Part shown: positions 12,495-26,520 of the stretch, piece after piece
How the letters are laid out: each line of letters starts with the position of its first letter
How positions within the stretch are numbered: position 1 is the stretch's first letter
DNA from: Mustelus asterias
Lineage: Eukaryota
NCBI RefSeq assembly: GCF_964213995.1
Contig: NW_027590138.1
Span: forward strand, 682,001-746,000
Direction: 5' to 3'
Length of the DNA stretch: 64,000 bases
Made by a program: the position numbers and the translations under genes
Notes under the pieces: model-generated
What the model saw: the letters and a program-made list of their open reading frames with translations, nothing else
Told to the model about the DNA's origin: nothing
The model's database searches: none

Positions 12495-13600
12495 AACTGC
12501 ATTGGACGATGAAATGGATTCAGGTGTGAACTCATTGACTGGGGTATCAAAATCCAGAGGCTTCCTGATCAGAAGTTCCGCTTCAAGCACTTCAATCTCG
12601 CTTGTTTTAAATGGCGACTTAATTTTAAAAGATCCTCATTTCGGTAACTTTTTTCCACTGTTATTTTGATTTGAAATTCGTGGTTCTGCGTGAATTCTAC
12701 TGCTTATGCTACATAAACATTTCAATTATGCATTTCAGCAACAGCGTGGAGCTAGCATTGACATGGTGTCTGCCTGCATTAGTGTCGGAGACATTTTTGA
12801 AAACAGCATTTTCAATTTTAGGACGTATAGAACTTCGATTTTTATATTCTTTGCTTAGAATAGTAGAATCCTATTCCGGAGAAAGCAGCCACTCAGCCCA
12901 TAGTGACAATGGCAGCCCTTTACAGGGCAATCTAGGTAATGGCACCTCACATGTTCCTTTTGGTTGTTTTACTCTGGTAGTTATTTTAAACATTGTACTT
13001 TAATGCATGCAATTTAAGAGCGTAAAATACATTAAATCAGCAAGGATCTGATTGGATTTTCATCAAACTTTTAGACTGTTGCCAAGGTGATATTCTTTCT
13101 CCTGTACTTAATCTTGGACTCCAGATTTTCCTCCCAGTGCCACGGAGGCACCAATCCCCAGCCTGTACATCTGGGCCCTTAGAGATAATCGAGCCACCAC
13201 TTGCCACCGTGCAGAGCTTTATCATGACACGGCATTTCACAAGTAAGATGAACAAGAGTTTTTGAACATCTCGCCATGAGCTTAGCCTAAAATCAGGTTA
13301 TTGCTCTCAGGTTATTTTACAGATGGGACATTCGTACACATTTAAGATCATCCGGTTAGTCAGGGGAAGCGAGAGTTATGGGGCTAAGGTGGTAAAGTGG
13401 TGTTGAGGATAATATCAAACCAACCATGATTTTATTGAAAGGCGAAGCAGCTCCTGTGGGCCGAATGGTCTACTTCTACTCCTCCGTCTTATGCTCTTCT
13501 GGTTCGTTAATCACACCTTTGTGCATATCTGTCACCTTGTTATTTTTTCATATGCATCGCTTATAATATTGAATAAATTTGCAGTCTTTAATGAAGGGTG
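12495..13600 (+). other. TRDC: Probable TRDC exon 4 (3' UTR)
   Basis: The donor just after the stop implies a fourth, untranslated exon as in TRAC/TRDC. Pyrimidine-rich acceptor ctccttccattccaaacag|, followed by largely non-repetitive sequence. Candidate polyA signals ATTAAA 13031 and AATAAA 13572; the 3' end is uncertain. Confidence 0.55.
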
Positions 13601-13769
13601 TCTTCTGCTTCTTTGTTAACGTGATGGCAAGACATGCATTTGGTTTGGTTGACAGAGAGCTCTTGTAGTCGCGCAGCACAAATGGAGGCCACTGAGCCCA
13701 TCATGAGGATACCAGCTCCCCATGGCAGATCCCGCCAATTGGAGCCAATTTATTTTTTAAAGTTCCTCA

Positions 13770-16700
13770 TAGCAGGAAGGGCTTGGCTCTTAGTGAGCAA
13801 TTAATGGAGGGGTCACCTGTGGTTGTCCCCCTCCAAAACAAGTATATTGCTTTGGATAGTGTGGAGGAGGATGACTCTCCAGGGGTAAGCCACAGTGACC
13901 AGGTCACTGGCACAGAATCAGGTTCTGTGGCCCGGAAAGGAAAGAGAGGAATTCGGAGAGCAATAGTGGTGGGGGATGCGTCGGTTCGAGGCATGGACAG
14001 GCGATTCTGTGGGTGCGAACGGGACTCCAGGATGGTAGTCTGCCTACCTGGTGTTGGGGTACTGGATGTCTCCGAGCGGATAGGAGGCATATTAAAAGGG
14101 GAAGATAAAGAAACGGATGTCGTTGTACACATTGGTGCAAATGACGTAGATAGGAAGAGCAGGGGGATCGTACGAGAGCAATTCAGGGAGTTGGGAAGTA
14201 GGCGAAAAGGTAGGGCCTCCAGGGTGGCAATAGCTGGGCTGCTCCCAATGTCTCGTGCCAGTGAGGCTAGGAATAGGGAGTTAATACAATTGAACGCTTG
14301 GCTAAAGGACTGGTCCAGGAGGGAGGGCTTCATTTTCCTGGATCATTGGGAAGTTTTCAAGAGAGGATGGCACCTGTACAAGAAGGATGGGTCACAACTA
14401 AATTGGAAGGGCACGAATATCCTGGCTGGGAGTTTTGCTCGTGCAGTTCGGGTGGTTTTAAACAAATATGGCAGGGGGGTGGGGATCAAAAAATTAGGTC
14501 TCCAAGTGTCGAGGCTGGGGACGAGCTTGGGGCCAGGACAAGGCTGGCAAAGAAGAAGAGCACTCTGGGGGAGGATGAACTCACTGGGCCTGGAGGTCTG
14601 GAGTGCATCTACTTCAAAGCAAGGAGCGTAGCAGGTAAGACAGACGAACTTAGGGCCTTAATGCTTACGAAGAATTTGGATGTAGTTGCGGTGACAGAGA
14701 CTTGGTTGAAAGAGAGACAGGACTGGCAGCTGAATATTCCGGGGTACAAGTGTTTTAGGCGAGACAGAGGAGGGGCCAAAAGAGGTGGGGGAGTAGCAGT
14801 ATTAGTTAGAGAACATATTACAGCGGTGCAGAGGGAGGACAATTCAGAGGGGTCGTGTAACGAGTCACTGTGGGTGGAGCTCAGAAACAGGAAGGGCGCA
14901 GTCACTATGTTGGGGATATACTACAGGCCCCCCAACAGCCCAAGGGAAGTGGAAGAACGGATATGTCAGGAGATACTGGATAGGTGCAGGAAAAAATAGG
15001 GTTGTTGCAGTGGGAGACTTCAATTTCCCTGGTATAGAATGGAAATCGCTTAGAGCTGGGACTCTGAATGGGGAGGAATTTGTAAAATGCGTACAGGAAG
15101 GTTCTTTGGAACAATATGTAGATAGCCCGACTAGAGAGGGGGCTATACTGGACCTAGTACTGGGGAATGAGCCCGGTCAGGTCTTCAAAGTTTCAGTAGG
15201 GCAACATGTGGCAAATAGTGACCACAATTCTGTTAGCTTTAGGATAGCGATGGAAAAGGATGAGTGGTGTCCCAAGGGTAAGGTGTTGAATTGGGGGAAG
15301 GCTAACTTTAGTGGGATTAGGCAGAAATTGGCAGTTGTTGATTGGGAGAGGCTGTTTGAGGGTAAATCCACAACTGGCATGTGGGAGTCTTTTAAGGAAC
15401 AGTTGTTAGGGCTGCAGGACAGGCATGTGCCTGTAAAAAAGAACGATAGGAAGGGTAGGATTCGAGAACCGTGGATAAACAGGGAAATTGAGGGACTGGT
15501 CAAAAAGAAAAGGGAGGCGTACGTTAGGTCCAGGCAGTTAAAAACGGAGGGAGCTCTGGAGGAATACAAAGAAAGTCGGAAAGAACTCAAAAGAGGAATT
15601 AGAAGGGCAAAAAGGGGTCACGAAATGTTCTTGGCAGACAGGATTAAGGAGAATCCCAAGGCATTTTATTCATACGTTAGGAACAAAAGGGGTGTCAGGG
15701 AAAAAATCAGACCTCTCAGGGACAAAAGTGGGGAATTATGCTCAGAGCCCAAAGAAGTAGGGGAGATCCTAAATGAATACTTTGCGTTGGTATTCACAAA
15801 GGAGAGGGATGTGTTGACTGGGAGTGTCTCGGAGGGGAGTGTTGAACCATTAGAGAAAATCTCCATTACAAGGGAGGAAGTGTTAGGTTCTTTAGAGAAT
15901 ATAAAGACTGACAAATCCCCAGGGCCTGATGGAATCTATCCAAGGCTGCTCAGGGAGACGAGAGATGAAATCGCTGGGCCTCTGACGCAAATCTTTATCT
16001 CATCACTGGACACAGGTGAGGTCCCAGAGGATTGGAGGATAGCTAATGTGGTCCCGTTATGTAAGAAGGGTAGGAAAGATAACCCGGGCAATTATAGGCC
16101 GGTGAGCTTGACGTCCATGGTAGGGAAGTTGTTGGAGAGAATTCTTAGAGATAGGATGTATGCACATTTAGAAAGGAATAAACTCATTAACGATAGTCAG
16201 CATGGTTTTGTGAGAGGGAGGTCATGCCTCACTAACCTGGTGGAGTTTTTTGAAGAAGTGACTAGAATGGTTGACGAGGGAAGGGCCGTGGATGTCGTCT
16301 CTATGGACTTTAGTAAAGCGTTTGACAAAGTCCCTCATGGTAGGCTGGTGCAAAAGGTTGGATCTCATGGGATAAAGGGGGAGGTGGCTAGATGGGTGGA
16401 GAACTGGCTTGGTCACAGAAGACAGAGGGTGGGAGTGGAAGGGCCTTTTACCGGCTGGAGGCCTGTGACGAGTGGTGTTCCGCAGGGCTCTGTATTGGGA
16501 CCTCTGCTGTTTGTGATTTACATAAACGATCTGGAAGAAGATGTAACTGGGGTGATCAGTAAGTTTGCGGACGACACGAAATTGGCTGGAATTGGCGATA
16601 GTGAGGAACATTGTCAGAGACTACAGATGGATATAGATCGGCTGGAAATTTGGGCAAAGAAATGGCAGATGGAGTTCAAACCAGATCAATGCGAAGTGAT

Positions 16701-17478
16701 GCATTTTGGTAGAGCTAATGTAGGGGGGAGCAATGCGATAAATGGCAGAACCATAAAGGGTGTAGATACGCAGAGGGACCTGGGTGTGCAATTCCACAGA
16801 TCCTTGAAGGTGACGTCACAGGTGGAGAAGGTGGTGAAAAAGGCATGTGGCATGCTAGCCTTTATAGGACGGGGTATAGAGTATAAAGGTTGGGATCTGA
16901 TGTTGCAGATGCATAGAACGTTGGTTCGGCCGCATTTGGAATACTGCATCCAGTTCTGGTCGCCACACTACCAGAAGGACTTGGAGGCTTTAGAGAGAGT
17001 GCAGAGGAGGTTTATCAGGATGTTGCCTGGTTTGGAGGGGCTTAGTTATGAGGAGAGATTGAGTAAACTGGGGTTGTTCTCACTGGAAAGACGGAGGATG
17101 AGGGGAGACCTAATAGAGGTGTATAAAATTATGAAAGACATAGATAGGGTGAACGGTGGGAAGCTTTTTCCCAGGCCGGTGGTGACGTTCACGAGGGGTC
17201 ATAGGTTCAAGGTGAGAGGCGGGGGGGGGGGGGGAGGTTTAACATGGATATCAGAAGGACATATTTTACACAGAGGGTGGTGGGGGCCTGGAATGCGCTG
17301 CCAGGCAAGGTGGTGGAGGTGGGCACACTGAGAACGTTTAAGACTTATCTCGATAGCCACATGAACGGAGTGGGTATGGAGGGATACAAAAGAATGGTCG
17401 AGTTTGGACCAGGGAGCGGCGCGGGCTTGGAGGGCCGAAGGGCCTCTTCCTGTACTGTATTGTTCTTTGTTCTTTGTT
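13770..17478 (+). mobile_element. Long CR1 LINE with ORF1 esterase (SGNH) remnant and frameshifted EN-RT ORF2
   Basis: RAIVVGDASVRG...VVVHIGANDV (esterase), VAVTETWL/GIYYRPP/GDFN (APE endonuclease), RT ORF 15010-17331, (TTCTTTG)n tail. Confidence 0.95.
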
Positions 17479-17479
17479 G

Positions 17480-18210
17480 AAAAAAGCTTCTGACTACCCA
17501 CTCTGTCAATGCCCCTCATAATCTTGCACATTTTTATCAGGTCACCCCTCAACCTCCGTCGTTCCAGTGAGAACAACGCAAGTTTCTCCAACCTCCCCTC
17601 ATAACTAATGCCCTCCATACCAGGCACCATCCCGGTAAATCTTTTATGTACCCTCTCCAAAGCCTCCACATCTTTCTGGTAGTGTAGCGACCAGAATTGA
17701 ACACTATATTCCAAGTGCGGCCTAACTAAGGTTCTATAAGCTGCAACATGACTTGCCAATTTTTAAATTCAATGCCCCGGCTGATGAAGGCAAGCATGCC
17801 GTATGCCTTCTTGACTACCTTTTCCACCTGGGTTGCCACTTTCAATGACCTTTACACCTGATCCCTCTGCTATCAATACTCTTCAGGGTTCTGCCCTTTA
17901 CTGTATATTTCCTATCTGCATTATACCTTCCAAAATGCATTACCTCACATTTGTCCGGATTGAGCTCCATCTGCCATCTCTCCGCCCAAGCCTGTAACCG
18001 AACTATATCCTGCTGCATCCTCAGATGGTCCTCATCGCTATCTGCAGGTCTACCAATCCGCAAATCTACCAACCTTTGTTTCGTCTGCAAACTTACTAAT
18101 CAATCCAGTTACATTTTCTTCCAAATCATTTATATATATTACAAACAGCAAAGTCCCAGCACTGATCCCTGAGGAACGCCACTTGTCACAGCCCTCCATT
18201 CAGAAACGCT
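17480..18210 (-). mobile_element. CR1 LINE fragment
   Basis: Antisense RT C-terminal peptides (LVRPHLEYSVQFWS, WQMELNPDKCEV). Confidence 0.85.
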
Positions 18211-18904
18211 TTTATTTTGGTGGTCTAACCATTATAATGCCGTCCCCCCACTCACATCCTCCCCCACCCCCACCCCCCCCCCCCCGCCCCACCCCCCTCC
18301 CCAACCGCCGAAAAATATAACAACGAAAAACAATGGAAGTTAAGGTAATTCCTGACAGGAATAACGAATTGAAGAGCTAACTGGTCACCTGGAAGCGAGA
18401 AGAACCCAAAAATGTTCCCAATACCCAAAGCGAAACGCTGCTCCTGTGCCTGGTTTGACTACATTGGCTGCAGCAGTGATTAGGGCCATTTGGAATGGGC
18501 TATAAACGTTAGCCAGGCCAGCGACTCCCACACACAATGTATTTGTTGCTTCACCCAGCGGTACGTGCATTTCCGGCAGGGCCAGAATGTATTTCCCATC
18601 CCGAATCACCATTGAACCGCGTGGCTTGCATTGACCATGGTGTTGTACTTGAAGTCTCATGCAGTGAACCAGATGGGTTTTAACAACAATTGACTCATGG
18701 TTCGATTGTTGAATTCCAGGTTGCTTTTATTGAATTCAGATTTCTCCAACTGCCATGGCAGGAATGCAATCCTCATGTGTGTCCGAAGCTTTAGCCCTGG
18801 CTTTCTGGATTAATCGTCATGCCGTTACAACACCCCTGAAGGGGGAGGGAGGAACAATTGATCATGGTGGGTTTTGTGCCCGTGTTCACCATAGAATATA
18901 ATAA

Positions 18905-19222
18905 TAGAATCGTAAAAACCATACACTGCAGAAAGTGGCCGTTCGGCCCATCGAGTCTGCACTGCTTCTCCGAAAGAGAAATCAACCCAGACCCTCCCCT
19001 CTGCCCACGGTCAATCCACCTAACCTGCACATCTGTGGGCACAAAGGTGCATTTTGCCATGGCCAATCTACCCAATCTGCACATCCTTGGACTGAGGGAG
19101 ACCAGAGCACCCGGATGAAACCCACGCAGACACGGCGAGAACGTGCAAACTCAACACAGGCAGCCACCCAAGGCTGGAATCGAACCCGTACCTCTGGCAC
19201 TGCAGAGCTAACCACTGTGCCG
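18905..19222 (-). mobile_element. Shark tRNA-derived SINE (HE1/V-SINE type)
   Basis: Antisense match to the family sequence GGCACAGTGGTTAGC...GGGTTCGATTCC...GTCTGCGTGGGTTT seen at 26857. Confidence 0.8.
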
Positions 19223-21924
19223 AGGACTCTGGATGACTTGCCCAGAGACCGCTCCCCCGAGCAACAAACCCATAAAACTTTCGTGTGACTTCTCAACCTG
19301 TACTTGATATTTTAAGAGGAATGATCCAGCTCTCGAACAGGAATGGCACAAATTACACTTCTCAGTCTCGAAGTCCATGCTCTGAATTTCCTATCAGGTG
19401 TTGATTTTCTTTTGCTTCTCGGCAGTAGGGGGGTTAATCGACTTTGGCTTGCTTATTTTGATAGAAACTGTTGAGATAAAATGATACATGCGTTCACTGC
19501 TGATTGGGGGAACCAGGGTCTGGTTGACAAGGCGACCAACGGCAGCAGGATGTGAGCCGAGTGTGCGGTTTCAGTCAAGAGGTCGCTGAGCCTCTCAGTT
19601 TACTCAAAGACCAGAACGTGTGGTTTAATCACCCGGGACTGGAAACTCCAGCAGCGAGGTGGCAGTTAGGCAGTGCGGGGGGAGGGGTGAGAGGCCAGAT
19701 GTTGCCAACTGTCGACAAGCATGAATCTTTTCAGAGACTTTCCCAGCGACTGAAGCTGCAGTAGATTTCTGCAGACGACAGTTCCAAAGGCATACAGGCA
19801 TCTGAGAGAAGAAACAATTATTTTCTTCGCCCTCTTTCCTATCTGTCCCGCAAAGGTTAAACATTCCGTCAGCTTCCACCCTCACACCGCTGGCCCCATT
19901 ACCCCTCCGAACCCCCACCTCCCCACAACAACCGCCCCCCCTCCGCCCAAAAAAGATCATATATGTTTCAAAAAATCATCACTCAATCTTCTGCACTCCA
20001 ATGGACTCTGTCCGATCTTTCCTCGTATAACCCCATTCCAACTCCCCAATTCAGTCGAGCTTCCCCGCCTTAAGAAAGAAAATCTGCGGTCTTTACGCCG
20101 TCTGGCTTTCATGACTCCTGACACGCAGTATTGTTTATTCATTCATGGAACATGGGCGTTTATTGACCATCTCCAGTTGCCCTTGGAGGGCAGTTGACAG
20201 TCAACCACATTGATGTGGCTCTAGACTCACGTGTTGGCCAAACCAGGTAAGCACGGCAGATTTCCTTCCCCAAAGGACATCGTGACCCAACTGTTTTTTT
20301 TTCTGACAATTGGCAATGATTTTACTGTCATCAGTAGATTCGAAATTTCAGATATTTTTATTGAATTGTGTTTCAAACACGGGACCCCAGAACATTAGCT
20401 GAGTTTTTGGATTGATACTCGAGCGATAATATCACTACGCCATTCCCTCCCCTGGGGAGATGGCCATTAGCAAACTATACTGTTCAAGGGAAATTAGCAA
20501 GAGCAACACAAAACCAGAAAATACTGGAAAAGCTCTGCAGCTCTGACATCATCTGTGAAGAGAGAATAGTGTTAGCGTTTCGAGTCCGGATGGCCCTGAC
20601 GAATCGTCATCGAGACTCGAAACTTTGGCTCTATTCTCTCTCCACAGATGCTGTCAGACCCACTGAGATATTCCAGAATGTTTTGTTTTTGTTTTGGATT
20701 ATAGAATCCGCAGTAATTTGCGTTTCGGACAAGCAACAATTTTTGGCCTTGCGAATAATACTGATAGCCCAATGAATGAAAATTATTGAGAAAGAATCCA
20801 AGAATTAACAAGTATCTGTTTAACCGATTCTTCAGGCAGCAACTATTAGTGAATCAAATGAAAGTGTTGCACTCCAGTCAATCCTGTCACTCATCCGGTT
20901 CATACATTAAGGAACGAGGCAATTCGGCCTAACGAGCGCATGCTTGCTATCTCAATGAGCTCAAAAAAACCCACTGCATTTGCCGTTGGCACATGTCCCT
21001 CTGCATGTTATACTTTCGATTTTGTAATCATTCTCTTTTGAAAGTCACCACGGAAATGTTTACTCTGGTCTTTGAGACAATGAATCCCAAACCCTAACAA
21101 TTGACAATGTAAACCCGACTTGCTCATCTTCGATTCCAGGAACAGTTCTTGCTCCGTCTCTTACACGTGCGCCTTACCAAGCCGCCGTGAAATTTTAATA
21201 TGTATACAGTAACATACAGGCTACTGAGAAGTAGGAGTTGGTCACTTCCGGCCTGCTCTGCCAGTAAATAAGATTATGGCCGATCTCATTATAAGCTTCT
21301 GCCAACACTGATCACCTTTCACACTCCTTGTTTACTAAGAATCTAGCTCCTTCTGCCTTTAAAAATATTGAAAGACTGCTTCCACTGCCTTCTGAGGAAG
21401 GGACTTCCAGGGGCACATGACCCTCTGAGAGGAAAACCTCCCCACTCTTCCTCTCCTAAACGTGCGACCCCTTATTTGTAAAGAGTGCCCTTGGGGCTTC
21501 AGTGGAGCATTGCAGCAGGCTAAGGAGGGACTCGTAGGCAGGAAGAGTGAAGATGAAAACAGGTTGTGCGTTGGAATTCTCGAAATGAGCCACACATTTC
21601 TTTTCAGGGAAGAAACCAGCGTGAACGTAAGAGTTCAAAGTGCAGCATTTCTGACAAAAACAGGAAACGCTGCTTGCATCATGCCAGCCGTAACTGCAAG
21701 TGAGAAACCGAGTTAAGGTTTCTGGTTCATGTCTTTGCATGAGGGCTGGAAGATGTAAGAGATGAAGAGTTATTTTTATTCTTCCGCCCTATGTGGTTGC
21801 TGCAGCCTCTCGCCTCTTGTCTCACTAAACATTTCAGAAGATAGCTAAATGTCGGCCACATTTCTCTAGGTCTTGTCTCACACATAGTCCAGGTCGTAGG
21901 CAGATTTCCTTTCTGAAAGAACAT

Positions 21925-22325
21925 AAAAACTAGAAGCAGGAATAGGCCATCTGGCCCTCCGAGCCTGATCCGCCATTCAATAAGATCATGGCTGATTTTT
22001 TCATGGGCTCAGCTCCGCTTACCCGCCCACTCACCATAACCCTGAATTCCTTAACTGCTCAAAAATCTATCTTTGCCGTAAAAACGTTTAACGATGTAGC
22101 CTCAACTGCTTCACTGGACAGAGATTTATACAGATTCACAGCCATTTAGGTGAAGAGGTTCCTCCTCAACACAGCCCAAAATCTCCTCATCTTTATTTTG
22201 AGGCCTTGTCCCTTAGTTCTAATTTCATCTGCCATGGAAACAACCTCCTTGCTTCTATCTTATCTATTCCTTTCATAATTGTATGCGTTTCTATAAGAAC
22301 CCCCATTTTCTTCCAAACTCCATTG
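21925..22325 (-). mobile_element. CR1 LINE 3' fragment
   Basis: Antisense 3' end similar to 27940-28330. Confidence 0.75.
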
Positions 22326-22837
22326 AGCATTGGTACAGCATTGGTGCGCAGAATGTGCTTTTGCAACAACGGATGACAGTTTTCTTAAGTTCTCTATTAT
22401 TCAGCCGAATTTTCAAATCTGCATTTGTATTAATTACATTTAAATTCCACCTGTCACCGTTGGTGGGATTTGAACTCGTGTTTCCAGAGCACCAGACAAT
22501 ACTTCCACGAGCCACAGCCATTACCGCGATAAAATCACAAGGGCAGTAGATACCTGAGGACACCATCAAAAGGAGATTCACCCTCCAAGTCACTCACCAT
22601 CCCGACTTGGGAATATATCGGCAGTTCCTTCAGTACTGCTGGGTCATAATCCTGGAATTGTCAGAAATGTATATCTTTCAATGAGATCTCCCATTCTTCA
22701 GAATTTAATTGAATGCACACCTCAATCTCTCCTCAAAGGACAATGCTTACATCCCAAGTATCAGTCTGGTGAACTTGTGGTGCACCCCATCTATAAGAAG
22801 TATGTTCTTTCTCGCCTTCCTATCTAAACCCAGATTG

Positions 22838-23140
22838 GCGGGACATTGACATAGTGGTTAGCACTGCTGCATCATAGCACCAGGGACCCGGGTTCGATTC
22901 CTGGCTTGGGTCACTATCTGTGCGAAGTGTGCATGTTGTCCCCGTGTCTGCTTAGGTTTTCTCCGGGTGCTCCGGTTTCCTCCGACAGTCTGAAAGATGT
23001 ACTGGTTAGGTGCATTGACCAAGCTAAATTCTAAATCAATGTACTGGAACAGGCGCCGGAGTGTGACGACTAGAGGATTTTCACAGTGACATTATTGCAG
23101 CATTAATGTAAGCCTACTTGTGACACAAATAAATAAACTT
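22838..23140 (+). mobile_element. SINE (HE1/V-SINE type, alternative tail)
   Basis: A/B-box head; ends ...gtaagcctacttgtgacacaaataaataaa. Confidence 0.85.
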
Positions 23141-23743
23141 AAAAGTTATTGCTGAATACAAAAATTCAAATTGCATTCGGTGCACTGAGGGTGCTGGGTG
23201 GGGAATTGGATTGAACCCCTGTGCCCAGAATATTAGTCTCGGACTCTTCAGTGACATGGTCATTGCCCTACGATCTCCACCTTCCAAATATGTTATTCAG
23301 ATTTGAATTAATTATTGAGCAACCCATATGAATGCATGAACATTTCTGTTTCAGTGTCCAGATGCGCCCTACGTCCGCCCCCTGCTGACTGCCCATTGCA
23401 CAGCGGGAACAGGCGGATGCCACGATTCTCTCTGTCTTTCCTCTGGATGACCAGAGGTGCAGAAAATAATACAACTCAAACATTAGGCTGCAAACGGCAA
23501 GAACCAAAAGTACAACTGCAGAGTCCAAAAGCAGAAAGAAAGGCACATTCTGGGCTGTTTCGACGGTTTCAGGGCATAGAAATTAATCTGTTCTTATGTG
23601 TGCTGTAGATTTGAACCTAACGGCTCAGCGCTGAAAGAGTAAATCGAAAAGTGAGCATGCGATGAGCAGGAGCTACTGTAAGTGCTTCAGTGCAAGGGAG
23701 CCCCATCAGTAAGCCTTGCAGTCATGGAGTATAGTGAGGAATC

Positions 23744-23744
<1 letters not shown>

Positions 23745-23781
<37 letters not shown>

Positions 23782-24530
23782 TCTCACGCACACATACTCT
23801 CACACACGCACATACACACACTCAAATAAACACGCACACAGGAAAACGCACACTCAGACATGCACACACACTCAGGTAAACGCGCGCACACACTCAGACA
23901 ATCAGAAACAAACACACATACAAACACGCACCCAAACGCACAGACAAATACACGCACACAAACACACACCCATAGGCATACACACACACTCAGACAGAAA
24001 TGCAAACTCTCTTAGACAAAAGCTGACACACACAAACACAGACGTCGACAAAGACACACAGATTACCTCAGGCAAAATAACACACACAAATATACACACG
24101 CACACACACAGATACATACATGCACACAAGTACACGCATAGATACACACACTGTCAGATAAACACACACACAGGCACACACACACATTGACAAGCAAACA
24201 CAAACACACACTCTCAGACAATACAAATATACACACACTCAAACAAGAACATAGAAACACACACACTCTCATAGAGCAGACACAAATGCTCAGACAAACT
24301 CAGACACACATACACACACGCTGCCTCTCAGCTAAATACACACACTCAGACAATCACAAACACAGACACACACAAACAGAATTTCAGAAATCATACGCAC
24401 GGATACACCCACACAGACCCCAGACAGACACACACATGCAGTATCAAAAGAACATGCAGAGAAAGATATACACTGTTGCTCAGGGAAAACAAAAAACATA
24501 CACAGACCCACACACACAGAAACAGAAAAA
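23745..24530. repeat. (CT)n followed by degenerate CA-rich low-complexity block
   Basis: Direct inspection; similar blocks at 26670-27910 and 29582-30470. Confidence 0.9.
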
Positions 24531-26200
24531 ATAGAAACCGGAAAGGCCTTTCGAGCCTTCTTCGCCACTCATTATGATCATGGATGATCATCAAATTCAA
24601 TATCCTGATCGTGCCTTCCCTCCAAATCCCTTGATCCCTTTAGCCCCAAGAGTTATGTCTAATTTCTTCTTGAAATCCTGCAACGTTTTGGTCATAATCA
24701 CTTCCTGTGGTAGTGAATTCCACAGATTCACCACTGTCTGGGTGATGAAGTTTCTCCTTCACCTCAGTTCGAAAGGTTTTACCCCTTATCCTCAAACTAT
24801 GACCCCCCTAGTTCTCGACTCCCCAGCCGTCTGGTATATTCTTTCTGAATTTACCCTGTCTAATACATTTAGAATTTTATCAGTCGCTATGAGATTCCTT
24901 CTCACTCTTCTAAACTCCAAATAATATAATCCTAACTGACTTCGTCTCTCCTCACACGACAGACCAGGAATCAGTCTGGTAAATCTTCACTGCCCTCGCT
25001 CTGCAGTAAGGACATCCTTCCTCAGATAAGGACACCAACACTGCACACAATACTCCAGTTGTGGGCTCACCAACGCCCTATAAAATTGCAGTAAAATATC
25101 CCTATCCTTATACTCAAATGCTATCGTTATGAAGGCCAGCATACCACTTGCCTTCTTTACCGCCTGCTGAACCTGTGGTGCTTTCTTTCAGCGCCAATAC
25201 ACGTGGATGCCAAGCTGTCGCTGAATATTCACCTCTCAATTTATTCAAATAATAATCTGCCGTCCTATTGTTGCCACCGAAGTGGATGATCTCGCATTTG
25301 CCCACATTATACTGCATCTTCTATGCATATGCCCAATCACTCTGCCTGTTTAAATCACGCTGAAGCATCGCTGCATCCTTCTCAGAGCTCACCCTCTCAC
25401 CTAACTTTGCGTCACCTGCAAATTGGAGAAAACACATTTAGTTCCCTCTTTGAAATCAATTATACATAATATGAACAGTTGGACTCCTAGCATGGATCCC
25501 TGCGGTACCCCACTGGTCACTACCAGCCAATTGGAAAAACACTCATTTCTGCCAACTCTTTGCTTCCTATCTGCTAAGCAGCTTTCTATCCAGCTCAAGA
25601 CACTATCCAGGCCACTTTTATGGTCGTACGCTATATGAGACCTTGCCGAAAGCCTTTTAAAGTCTCAATAACCCATACCCACCAGTTTTCCTTGGTCACC
25701 ACTATTAGTTACATTCTCACACAATTTACCAAGCATGATTTCCCCTTTGCTAATCCATGTTTACTTCGTCTGATTTTACCACTGCCTTCCAAATGCTGAG
25801 TTATGAAATCCTTAATAATTGATTCGAGCAATTTCCCAGTTCTAATGTTCGGCTCTTTGCCTTATGGTTCACCCTATTTCTCTCTACCTCCCTTTTTGGA
25901 TGGCGGGCGTATATTAGCTACGCTCCAATCTGTAGCGACCAGTTTAGAGTCTAAATATATTTTCGAAAATGCCCACAAATGGATCAACTATTTGTTATGT
26001 TTCCCGCCTTCTTACTTTCATACTCTATTTTTTCCCTTCCGAATCAATTCCTTTTGTGCTGAATTGAAACTGCTCCAAATTCTCAGGTCTATGGATTTAT
26101 TTGCCAATTTGCATGTTTCTTCTTCCCTTGTACGCGATGGCTTGGCCACAGTTCCCTTACCAGTCTTCCACATCCTCTGTGCTAATGTCTTTCTTCAATA
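24530..26200 (-). mobile_element. Old decayed CR1 LINE
   Basis: Antisense RT fragments (VTSGVPQGSMLG; NVGKCEIIHFG). Confidence 0.8.
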
Positions 26201-26202
26201 TC

Positions 26203-26520
26203 ACATAGGATCCCTACAGTGCAGAAGGAGGCCATTCGGATTATTGAGTCTGCACCGACCACAATCCCAGACCCTATTTCCGTAACCCAAATTATTTACC
26301 CTGTCAATCCCCTGACACGAGGGTCAATTTCGCATGGCCAATCAAGCTAACCCACACATCTTTGGACTGTGGGAGGAAACTGAGGCACCCGGAGGAAACC
26401 CACGCAGACACCGGGAGAATGTGCCAACTCCACACAGGCAGTGATCCGAGGTCGGAATTGGACCCGGGACCCTGTCACTGAGGCAGCAGTGCTAACCACT
26501 CTGCCACCGTGCTGCCCCGC
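26203..26520 (-). mobile_element. SINE (HE1/V-SINE type)
   Basis: Full antisense copy with CR1-like tail. Confidence 0.85.
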
